NCBI GenBank assembly: GCA_964016885.1
Contig: OZ024743.1
Location: 217,620,001 to 217,684,000, forward strand
Direction of reading: 5' to 3'
From: Eledone cirrhosa
Lineage: Eukaryota
Length of the DNA stretch: 64,000 nt
Numbering within the stretch: position 1 is the stretch's first letter; the number at the start of each line of letters is the position of its first letter. The translations under genes and the position numbers were made by a program. Shown piece after piece: positions 52,405 to 64,000 of this stretch. A model generated the notes under the pieces. That model saw only the letters and a list, made by a program, of their open reading frames with translations. It had not been told where the DNA came from and ran no database searches.

Positions 52405-52581
52405 ATGGTAGTGCTGGTGATATTATTGATGGATCTAGTGGTGGTCATAATGGTGATAATGGAAGTGGCGGTAGTAAGTTCATCGGTAGCGATATTGTGG
52501 TAGTGATGGTGGTGGTGTTGGTGGTGGTTGTGGCGATGTTTGAAGAACTATATTGTTGTTTTGCTATTATGATGATGATGT

Positions 52582-52641
<60 letters not shown>

Positions 52642-52770
52642 CAGCAAAAGCAGCAGCAGCATCAGCAGCAGCAACAGTAGTAGTAGTAGTAGTAGTTGTT
52701 GTTGTTGTTGTTGTTGTTGCTGTAGCAGCAACAGCAGCAACAGCAGCAGCAGCAGCAGCAGCAGCGACGG
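52405..52770. repeat. Compound trinucleotide repeats (GGT, TAG, GCA, GTT)
   Basis: Direct runs. Confidence 0.92.
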
Positions 52771-53067
52771 TGAAAGAAAAGATGTCAGTTAGAAATCGAT
52801 AGTCCGAACATTGGAGAGGGATTAAATTTCAAATTAAGAATACTGCTTCTTAATAATGAATTGGAATTATTTATTAAAAACGTCTGAATCGGAACCGATA
52901 CTGATTTAGAAACATTTGCTACTTTGTCCTTTGTTTTCGATTTGAGGTTTATAATGGTGGGCACGGACATGAAGTCACTGTTAAGGATGAATGAGGTGGC
53001 GTTAGCGCCATCAAGCTAAGGTAGGGATGGTGGTGGTGGTGGTGATTATATATGTACACACACATAC

Positions 53068-53122
<55 letters not shown>

Positions 53123-54169
53123 TGTATGTATGTATGTATGTATGTATATATAACAATATATAATAGTTTCGGGCTTTGTTAGATTACTGACAATTTTCGT
53201 AGTTTAATTACAAGATAGTTACATCGTTTAACTGAAAGAAAGGGGGGGGGGAGTTTTTGTTGATATCGTTGTTACAGTCGTTTTCCCGAATATTATTACT
53301 ATTATTATTATTGAGTGAGCAGAAGATTGATTAGACCGATCATCCGCCATGCATTCTCAACGTTCAAATCCTGAGGCATTATTTACACATATATTTAACC
53401 ATCATTACTAACTTCATCATGTTTTTGTTGTAGTCATCGTTGTCACTGCTAAGGGGACAGTGAACAAGCAGAATTCTAGATATTAGGTCAATTTGAATCC
53501 TAACTTCAAATGGTGTTTCGATTGACTTTGCATTCTATTTATATCTGGCATTCCAAAAATAAGAATTCGTGAAATAATACATAGGTTGATATAAACTGTC
53601 CATTTCAACGAAAATGTGTGATCTTGTTCCCACGCGAGAAGTCACCGATCAAATGAAATGTCTTTCTACAGCAGTCCTGAGAACGATTCTGCGCGCCGAC
53701 AGGATCTGTTTCAACAGAATCTACCCGAAATGAGCACTTATCAGTTGATATATGAATGTTGTTAATACTATGGTATGTTAGCATATTCTAACATATTTAT
53801 GGATAGATAATATATATATATATATATATAGTTAATGTCTTGAGCAATACTGAAGATCTATGCTAACCGTGACTAACCCCACTGAAAAGTTTCGTGAAAT
53901 AGTATTTTATAGACTATATAGTGCATTTGTAGATTTCCCCAAATTGACGGTTAAGTATTTCTTCTTAATTTTATTTTGAGTTAAGATTGTACTGCTTTTT
54001 ACCCAGCTTACACAAAGTCTGAGGATAAAGTTTCTTTGATTTGTTTTAAATTAAGATTGTATTACTTTTCCCATATCTTACATTAAGCATTTTTTCATCT
54101 TGATGTTATAGTCACTTATATGTCTGAATTATTGTTGGCTTTTTGCTTACATTAATTTCTCTATTTTTC

Positions 54170-54303
<134 letters not shown>

Positions 54304-54667
54304 TTTTTAACATATTTAAATCAATTGTGAAATAACAATTCTTAGTACAAATGTTGCATAAAACATCCAACTTGAGTCCCAAAAATTTCGGATCCGCAAT
54401 ATATTGTTATATCGCTCAAATATTCAATTTTGTATTATACATTTTATATTCAAAAAAGAAAATGGTTATAAATGGAAAAAAAACCCCTCTGTCTACACTA
54501 TATAGAACAGCCAAATAACAGCAATTTCACCAACATCAGAAACTAGATGCACCATCTACCCCATCACCCCTCTGTGTACACTAAACACAACAGCCAGATA
54601 ACGGCAATTTCACCACCACCACCACCAATATCAGCATAATAATAATAATTACTATTACTATTGCCTC

Positions 54668-55562
54668 AAGTTTTAGTTTTAACAAAATGTTTAATTCCAA
54701 TATTAAGAAAAATATGTCAACACATATACGCGACTAACGATAATTTCACTAAAGATAATTTCACCACCAATACCACCGCCACTGCCACGATGAAAACTCT
54801 GGTCAAGTCGACTCAAATTTCTACTCCAGCTTCAACACCATCACTACAGTAATACGACCATTCACCACCACCGCTGCCTCACTATCACTACCGCCGCTAT
54901 TCTCTCCCACTACCTCCTGCTAGTTGCTGCTAGCTCAGCACCGTCACCACCACCGCCGCCGCTGCCTCAATATCACTACCGCCGCTATTCTCTCCCGCTA
55001 CCCCCTGCTACATTGTAGAATTCCCACTAAAAGAGGAAAACATCAAAATATATAAATAGACTGAATTTATGACATTGTCAAAATAAAAAAAAATAAATAA
55101 AAAAATCAAAATAAAGTTTTAGTTTTAACTAAATGATTAATTCCAATATTAAGGAAAATATGTCAACACATATACGCGACTAATGATAATTACACTAAAG
55201 ATAATTTCACCACCAGTGCCACCACCACTGCCACGATGAAAACTCTGGTCAAGTCGACTCAAATTTCTACTCCATCTTCAACACCATCTCTGCAGTAATA
55301 CGACCACATCGCCACCGCCGCTGCCTCATTATCGCTACCGCCGCTATTCTCTCCCACTACCTGCTGCTAGTTGCTGCTGGCACAGCACCACCATCGCCGC
55401 CGCCGCCGCCGCTGCCTCATTGTCACTACCGCCGCTATTCTCTCCCGCTAGCCCCTGCTACATTGTAGAATTCTCACTAAGAGAGGAAGGCATCAAAATA
55501 TATAAATAGACTGAATTGATGACCCGGTCAAAATAAAAAAAAAAAAAAAATAAAAATAAAAG
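54668..55562 (+). repeat. ~445 bp tandem duplication, each unit with an internal ~60 bp repeat and an A-rich end
   Basis: AAGTTTTAGTTTTAAC..TTCCAATATTAAG at 54668 and 55114; both units end GTCAAAATAAAAAAAAA. Confidence 0.92.
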
Positions 55563-55749
55563 TAGCACAGCAACAACGAAAAACGTAAAGGAAATAAAAA
55601 TGAAGAGAAAAACAAACGGACGGACAGAGAAGGGAAGGGAAAAACTAAGTCAGACATTCAAACACTACATTACAATAAAACTTATGCTTATTCATTTTTG
55701 GGTTTTTTTCTGCCTGTTTGTTTGTTTGTTTGTTTATTTGGGTTCGTCT

Positions 55750-58700
55750 ACAGCGTGATAATGCCACACAAAAGTCACGTGGAGTGACGAAACCACCGGA
55801 GACAAGTAATGCACCGGTGGTTATGTAATCATACATTCGCCAATCCTCGATAAAAGTGTTTAAATGTCGAACCTAAACAGTTCGAATAACGGTGAAATGG
55901 AGACTAGAATTTCATGTGACAGACTCTCACCCAACAGGTGCTCCCTGGCTCAGCAGCAGGGACCTGGCTGTCAACCAAATACTGCTGGTGTCGGAGGAAG
56001 AAGAAGAAGGAAAGGGATCAGAACCAACTGGACGAAAGAATTGAATAGAACTGTTATGCAATGTTACCTGAAGAGTAACCCCAAGGAGAAAGGCTACAGG
56101 AAAAGGATGCATAACATCTGGAACGAGATTGGTCCATTTAAATTAGATGAACAAAAACTGGCCGGGCAGGCTCGGGTAATAAGAACTAATGGGTGGATAA
56201 GCGAGCTGGAACTGGAGGAACTGAGCAGAGAGATTAGCTTGGAGATGGAGGGTGGAGTATGCCAGGCAAACGAGCCAGTGGGAAATGAAGGTGAAGGGGT
56301 CGAGAGAACGGAGGAACCACCCGTAACAAACAATGATCTGAATGCTGAGATAAATAATACCTGGAACAGAGATACGGCCACTGGGGAGATGAATGCTGAC
56401 GGGCTAGGAAAAGATTTGGTACATATCCTAAACTTAGTGGTAGATAAATTGAACAATGATAGTGGGAGACCTATGAACCTAAGATTTGTAGACAAGAAAA
56501 AGTTAAAAGAAACAACAGCAAAGGTAAACAAAGTCATCCCATACCTTGAGGCGAGGAGCCTTCACCAGTGCAACAATATCCTCAAAGCAACAGCAAATAC
56601 AGTGAGGAAACTACTTGGTATAAAAGCGAGAGGAAACAACAGACAAGAAAGAGCAGAGCCTTGGTGGAAGAAACGACTGAGTGGTCAAATCAGGGAAATG
56701 AGAAATGACATTGGAAAGCTTGAGTCCCTACTGAATGGGACACTAAAAACCATAGACACTAAAAATAGACTGGAAATAAAGTACAAAACTAGGAGGAAAA
56801 AGCTAAATATTATCATAGAGGAACTGAAGCAACGCATTGTGGCAAAGAGTGCAAAAATTATGCGATACGAGAGCAGAGTCAGCCAGTATAGACAGAACGG
56901 CATGTTCGACAACAACCAGAAGATGCTGTTTGGACAGCTTGAAGGGAAAGAAAGAGGCAACGACTTGATCCCTGAGGCGGAACAAACTAAAGCATTCTGG
57001 AGGGGAATATGGGAGCAGGATGTTAAACATAATGACCAGGCAGTGTGGATTGAGACAGTACAGAAGGAGATTAGTGAACAGGCACACCAACAAATTGATT
57101 TGAGTATCACAGTTGAAACTCTTAAGGGGCAGGCCAAAAAACTAACCAACTGTAAATCACCTGGCCCAGATGGTGTGCAGGGGTATTGGATTAAAAACAT
57201 AACATCCCTCCACCCGAAACTGACAACCATGTTCAATGACTGCTTGATGTCAGGTGAGGTACCAGAGTGGTTGACAAAAGGTACCACAGTTCTGATAAGG
57301 AAAGACCGAATCAAGGGTAATGATGTTACCAACTATAGACCTATCACATGTCTGTCCGTAATGTGGAAACTGTTGACAAGCATTATGTCTGAGGAAATCT
57401 ACCATCACCTCCACACAAACAACTTGTTACCGGACGAACAGAAAGGATGCCGAAAGAAGTCACGTGGTACAAAGGACCAGTTACTTATTGATAAGATGGT
57501 AATGAGGAATTGCAAGAGGAGACACACTGGTCTTGCCGTGGGATGGATAGACTACAAAAAGGCATTTCACTGGTGCCTCATTCTTGGATCACCAAAAGCC
57601 TGGAGATATTCAAGGTGGCAGATAGCATCAGACAGTTGTTGGGAAAAAGTATGAAGTCCTGGGAAACAGAGTTAACATCAACTGGAGAATCCTTGGGAAG
57701 CGTGAAGATCAAGAGAGGTATCTTCCAGGGAGATAGTCTGTCCCCTCTGTTATTTGTCCTTGCCCTGATGCCCCTGACCAGTGTACTGCGAAAAGTGAGA
57801 GCAGGAGACAGGTTGGGAAAGGGAGGGCTTACCATCAATCACCTCCTCTTCATGGACGATCTTAAGCTCTTCGGGAAGAGTGAGAAGGAGTTGGATGTGC
57901 TTGTTGACACTGTCCGTATTTTCAGCAATGATATATGTATGCCATTTGGTATTAGTAAGTGTGGAGTCATTGTGATGACGAGGGGTAAGTTGAGCAGAAG
58001 TAACGGATTCCAGATACCAACAGGTGAGATGATAAAGGAAATTGACCCTGAGGAAGTATACAAGTATTTGGGCGTTCTGGAGGCTGATGGCATAAAGAAC
58101 AAAAAAATGAAGGAATTGATAAGAACTGAATACCTTCGGAGAGTAAGGAGCGTATTAAAGTCACATCTGAACAGTAGGAATGCCATAAGTGCAGTAAATT
58201 CCCGAGCTGTGTCTATTATTAGGTACAGTGCGGGAATTCTGAAATGGAATGTTGCTGAACAAAAAGAAATGGCTAGGAAGACTAGGAAGCTATTGACTAT
58301 CTACAATATGTTCCACAAGGGGAGTGATGTCGATAGACTCTATTTAAGGAGATTTGAAGTTGGAAGAGGTCTTATCAGCATAGAGGACTGTGTTCAGATG
58401 GAGAAAAACAACCTACACAAATACGTGACTGATAGTAAGGAGCCAATGCTCAGAACTGTACTGAAGGAGGGGACAATAGGCCAGGGGATGTCCAAGGAGG
58501 AAATAACATCAAGGAGAAAGAGCAGCCTTCAGGAAAAATCCTTTCATAGTACCTTCTTTGAGAAAACTGAATTTAGAGATCCACAGACATGGAACTGTTT
58601 GAAAAGAGGAGACCTTAAAAAGGCTAGAGAAGGAATGTTAATAGCTGCGCAGGAGCAGGCCCTCAAAACGAAGTGGTTGAAAAACCACATTTACAAGGAG

Positions 58701-59361
58701 GAGGCTAGCCCACTGTGCAGGATCTGTGGAGAGAGAGGGGAGACTGTGGCTCGCATTGTATCCGAGTGTAAACACCTAGCCCAGACTCACTATAAGGGCT
58801 GGAGACATGATGTAATGGGCAGGGTGATCAACTGGCACCTATGCAAAGTAAATAATTTACCACATTCTGAGAAGTGGTATGAGCATAAGCCAGAGGCGCT
58901 GATAGAAAACGATCAGGTGAAGGTGCTGTAGGATTTTAGGATACAGACGGACAAGAAACTGGAACACAATACACCTGACCTGGTGGTTTTGGACAAAGAA
59001 AAAAGATCGTGCCTGATTGTGGATGTGGCCTGCCCATTCGACACGAGAGTGCAAGAGAAGGAGAGGGAGAAAATTAACCGATACCAGGACTTAAAGTGGG
59101 AGGTAAAAAGGATTTGGAACTGCCATGAAGTCAAAGTGATCCCGATTGTCATAGGCGCACTAGGGACTATCTCAAAAAGTTTCCAGGGGTGGTTAAAGAA
59201 AATTGGCCCTTCACGCTTTTTGGAACGCTTCAAAAGGCATGCTTGTTGGGAACAGCAAGAACCCTCCGATACGTCCTGAATATCTGAGGCTGCAGGTAGT
59301 GGCTTGATATTCATTTCAACAAACTTTCCAGTTAACTAACATCAATGACTGAGACTCAAAA

Positions 59362-59393
<32 letters not shown>
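55750..59393 (+). mobile_element. Near full-length R4/Dong-type non-LTR retrotransposon (RT plus restriction-like endonuclease)
   Basis: Single long ORF 55864-59287 broken by a frameshift at ~57570, a TAG at 58929 and a terminal frameshift. Motifs KSPGPDG, YRPITCL, GIFQGDSLSP, FMDD, CRICGERGETVARIVSEC, PD..DVACPFD, PIVIGALG; (TAA)n tail. 5' boundary approximate. Confidence 0.93.
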
Positions 59394-59395
<2 letters not shown>

Positions 59396-60012
59396 TTTTC
59401 TTTATTAACCACAAGGGTTTACATAAAGTAGACATTAAGGACAGTACAGGACAATACAGAACGGTACAAATCGGCATTTCTGCGTGTAAAAAACAGAGGA
59501 TGTAATAAAATAACAAAGAAAAATTCCCCAATAGGGGAGAGACTTCCGAGGGACATTTGTGGAGAAAGCCCATTAAAAGACCACAGTGACCCTGACCACC
59601 AGGGCAAGTGCCCTCTCCCAGTTTTCCACCTTTAATTTACAGACACATACTCAGAGTAGGCCCATTCACTCGGGCCATACTTGCTTCTCTCACCCATCTT
59701 TCAACAAAATGCTGGGAAGAGAGCACTTCCCTCTCTACCCTGATTTTCCTTTTCAAATGAAATTTGAAAAAGTTAATCAGGGCATCACCGAAGAGGTAAG
59801 TGCTCGTCTTCAGCCCTTTCAAACGTGTCTTCCCATACTATCTCTTTCGCCATGGCCACCAGACAGATAAAAACTGCCTGCCCTTCCCGGCTAAAGGAAG
59901 AGGGCGGGGCAATCCTCACCATGGACACAGCTGATAGCTGGATCCGTCCTACACGTGACAGCAGGTGTTCGACATAAACCCACAAGTCAGCAATGCTCGG
60001 ACACTGGACAAG
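59394..60012 (-). mobile_element. 3' fragment of a Tx1/L1-type LINE
   Basis: Minus strand LVQCPSIADLWVYVEHLL..AMAKEIVW/KTRLKGL..FKFHLKRKIRVERE..FVERW (L1/Tx1 ORF2 C-terminus), then 3' UTR with AATAAA abutting the (TAA)n. Confidence 0.75.
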
Positions 60013-60014
60013 TT

Positions 60015-63000
60015 CGTGCAGGACGGTTAAGGATAAAACGCAACAAAAGAAAGTAAATGTCTAATGATAAAATCTCATACCGGATCGGCCGTCACCCGGG
60101 ACAAAAAGGGCCGCGTCCCTCAGAGAGGAACCAGACTGGGGTCGAAAAATCAGCTAATGGTTCAAACCATCCCATCACTTTGGAGCTGGAGACCTCCCAT
60201 AACCGGAATACTCCTACTGTTGGCCCTCCATGCTCACCACCAAGAAAGCCAACGAAAAAGAGAGAAAATTGGTCAAGGGAAGACAATAAAGGAGTCCTTG
60301 AGGCTTTTTGCACTGCCATATACTACCCATCAAATAGATCGAATACAGAACAGACATATATATACTGGGAAAAGGAACCCGAAAATAGAGGCTAGATTGA
60401 CAGTAACAAACTAGCCAATATACGAAGAAATATTGTTAAAAAAAAGTTACTAACTGATATAGAAATTGAACAGATCAAGCAATTAGCACAAAGTCAGCGA
60501 AGGGAAAATGAAACATGTGTCAGTGAAAACGAGGTAATTTGTAACACTTCGAATCCCAGGGTTGGGGCGGAATCACTGACAACAGAACAAATTAAAGAAA
60601 GGATCGAACAAATGGAGGGAGTGCATGCTCAAGATGAAACTCAAAATGAAAACAATGAGATCGTAAAGGATAAAGAAATGAATGAAAATGAACTTGCCAA
60701 CTTGAAGGATTAAATTATGATCGAATGGATGAAAATGAAAGAATCTGACATGGGGGAACGAGACACTCTCCCTAAGATCCAGAACTCCAAACAGAACCAA
60801 AAGATAATACACAAGACTAACATAATTCTCAAAAACATTATCATCACAAACAAACTAAACATTACTGATCTAAATCATCTCTATTATGCATCGGCTAAAG
60901 TCACCACTCACTTATGTGGAGACAAAATAAAAAATCAACGAAATTCCCACAAGAAACCTACTTGGCAAGAGAACATCAATCGCCAAATAAACCTTCTCCA
61001 ATCTGACATAGAAATTTTAACAAACTACAAAGTAGGTGAACATGTTAAACAAACTAAACTTAGAAAATTGAAAAGAAAATACAGAATAAAATATACAAGT
61101 GACATAGACATGCTGATAGAAATAATCAAGCAAAAAGTGTCGGCCAAAGCTGCTCGTATAAGGCGCTTTGAAAACCGATCTAGATTCTATAAGGACAATA
61201 ATATGTTCAAAAACAACCAAAGAAACTTCTACAGAAAAAACAATAACTGCTAAATCAATACCACCCAAGGAGGAAGTGCAAGAATTTTGGGAAAAGATCT
61301 GGGCCGAAGAAAAAGTTTAAAATATACATGCCCCATGGGTAGACAGACAAATGAAAGATACATCTCACCTTGAGTAACAAACATGGGAAAAGATAACAGT
61401 TGAAAAGTTGCGTTTGGCTCATAGAAAAACCAGCAAATGGAAATCCCCAGGAAAAGACATAATACCAAATTTTTGGATAAATGCCTTCACAGAGTCTCAT
61501 GAGCTGTTAGCCCAACTTTACAATGAAATAGTTAAGGAGCCAGAAATGATACCTTCATGGCTAGTTAACGCCATTACATTCCTGCTTCCGAAGAATGATG
61601 AGACAAACAATCCAAAAAATTACAGACCGATAACTTGCTTGACCACAATGTATAAAATTTTAACATCAGTCCTAACTGAATATACATATGACCACCTGAT
61701 AACAAATGACCTATTTCCCAATGAGCAGAAAGGGTGTAAACGAGGCTCATATGGCTGTAAGGATCAGCTTTTGGTTAACAAAATGATACTGGAAGATTGT
61801 CATAATAGACACAAAAATCTATCAATTGCTTGGATAGATTATAAAAAAGCATTCGATAGTTTGCCACACAGTTGGATTGAAAAATGTTTAGATATTTTCA
61901 AAATATCTCCCGTTGTCAGGAGGTTCCTGTCATTCAGTATGAAGACATGGAAAACGGCACTCCATTTGAATAGTGAAAAAAATCACTGGAAGCTGGAGAA
62001 GTTAATATTAATTGTGGAATCTTTCAGGGTGACTCTTTATCACCGCTTTTATTCTGCATCGCACATATACCATATATGAAATGCTCAATGAAACAAAACA
62101 TGGATACAAAACCATTAATCACTTATTCTACATGGATGACCCGAAACTATTTGCAAAAAAATGATGAACAATTGCAAGGGCTATTATCCACTGTAGAGCA
62201 GTTCAGTGATGACATTAAAATGGAGTTTGGACTAGATAAACGCGCCAAAGCAACGTTCACCAGAGGAAAGCTGCTGAAAAGTTCAGACATTAATCTTGAT
62301 CGGGGGAAAGTGATAAGAGAACTTGATCAAGAGGAAACTTACAAATATCTAGGTGTTTGTGAAGGAGACGGAATCAAGCACTCGACAAAGAGGGAAAGGA
62401 TAAGGAAGGAATGTTACCGCAGAGTAAGAGCATCTTAAGAACGGAATTGAATGCAGGGAATAAGATTGATGCCATAAACACGCTTGCCATACCAGTAGTA
62501 ACCTACAGTTACAATGTCATCAACTGGTCAAGCACAGAGATCCGTAGGCTCGATACAATCATTAGAAAATACTTAACCATGCACAGAATGCATCACCCTA
62601 AGGCAGATACAGATAGAATATATCTCCCTAGGAAGGAAGTAGGACGTGGGTTAATCCAGTTAGATATTGCGTTGAAAACTGCAACAATTGGATTATCTAC
62701 ATATCTAAGGGAATCACATGATTGGATGATCAAACTCGTTTTGAAACATGAAAGCATCAAAAGATCATACACCATTTACAAGAGATCATACTCCATTACA
62801 AAAGATGCACCAAGATACAGTAATGGACTACAAATCCAGAAGTTACATTTACTGCTGAAATAAAAAACACAGAAAAAGCAAATTAGGTAAAAGTAACTGC
62901 AAAGAAAGAACTGCTACACAAACTGGCTAAAAAATGGTAAGAAAAGCCTCTGTATGGAAAATACCCAGAAAGAGCTAACAATCCTGATGTTGACAAAACT

Positions 63001-63865
63001 TTAACCCATCAGTGGTTGGCATCCTCTGGACTGAAATCGGAAACTGAAGGACTGATTATATCAGCAAAAGATCAGTGTCTGCCAACAAAAAATTACCAAG
63101 CCAACATAATAAAAAATGGATGCAACCCATTATGCCGTGTATGTAAAAAACAACCAGAGACCATTGATCATATAATTTCAATGTGCAGTCCTATAGCTCC
63201 AACCGAATACCTAAATAGGCATGTCAGAGCTGCACAATACATACATTGGATAATGTGTAAACATTTTGACCTGCCCCATCAAAAGAATTGGTGGGAGCAT
63301 CAACCACCTCCCATACTTGAAAAAGATCACATCTCAATCTTGTGGAACTTTACCATCGAAACAGACCGAAAAATAGTTGCAAATAGACTTGATATAATAC
63401 TGAAGGACTTTAAAAAGAGGGTATGCCTGCTAATTGATATGTCCGTTCCAATAGACAAGAATGTATCTATAAAAACATTTGAAAAATTGAGCAAGTATAA
63501 GGACCTGGAGATAGAAATTGGAAAAATGTTGAAATTGAGAACTAAAAAAATGCCATTGGTTGTAGGCTCTCTAGGAATGATACCTAAGGGGTCTAATGAT
63601 TACTTATCGCAAATCCCAGGAAACCCGCGTATAGGAGAAATACAAAAGATAGTACTAATGGGAACTGCCCATATACTTAGGAAGATTCTGTCAATATAAG
63701 TACATCACAAGTCTAAACACCTAAAGATGCATGTGTGTGTATGTATGTTCTTTCTTGAACATGGCGGACCTTATTGTCCCTTGAGGTCACTGGTTGTGAC
63801 ATGGTGATAACTCGTATGGACATAAAGCAAGATAAATGCAACTGTAATGATAATAATAATAATAA
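60015..63865 (+). mobile_element. Second, more decayed R4/Dong-type LINE of a different family
   Basis: KSPGKDIIPNFW, YRPITCLTTMYK, IDYKKAFDSLPHSW, GIFQGDSLSP, HLFYMDD, CRVCKKQPETIDHIISMC, RLDII..IDMSVP, GTAHILRKIL. Many stops and frameshifts; (TAA)n tail. Confidence 0.92.
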
Positions 63866-64000
63866 TTGTTTCTACTTTAGGCACAAGGCCAGCAATTATC
63901 CCAGTGTATTACTGTTACTTTATTTTATCGCTCCCGTAAGGATGAAAGGCAAAGTTAACCTCGGCGGGATTTGAACTCAGACCATAAAGGGCCGTAACTC
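63862..64000 (-). mobile_element. SINE family 1 inserted in the LINE (TAA)n tail
   Basis: Reverse complement of the SINE 3' portion, running off the window. Confidence 0.9.

Noticed and set aside
51097-52802. SKE-rich and LLS-rich ORFs
   Set aside because: Frame artefacts of the 9-mer and trinucleotide repeats.
53849-53915. CTGAAGA...GAAATAGTATT
   Set aside because: Stem II and stem I pairing is too weak.
55927-59314. Minus-strand ORFs overlapping the first LINE
   Set aside because: Antisense shadows of the retrotransposon ORF.

Overview
AT-rich, microsatellite-dense eukaryotic repeat region with no recognisable host protein-coding exon. The SINE/LINE repertoire suggests an octopus or other coleoid cephalopod (inference, not checked). 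Content: (i) decayed transposons, namely Penelope-like elements (PLE; GIY-YIG and RT fragments), a hAT/Charlie-Buster transposase relic, an internally deleted mariner, RTE and Tx1/L1 fragments, and two near full-length R4/Dong-type LINEs with restriction-like endonuclease at 55.8-63.9 kb; (ii) many copies of two tRNA-derived SINE families; (iii) a ~9 kb same-strand array of 16 tRNA-Ile genes/pseudogenes (42.0-50.9 kb) with (TACTA)n spacers and higher-order duplications; (iv) the main unannotated signal, about a dozen type I hammerhead ribozyme (HHR) motifs of several families. Some have very long or branched stem II, several have palindromic stem III, one has a U3-A8 compensated core, and many lie in short fold-back mini-elements inserted in (TA)n tracts. 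All structures were read by eye; no folding or database search was run.
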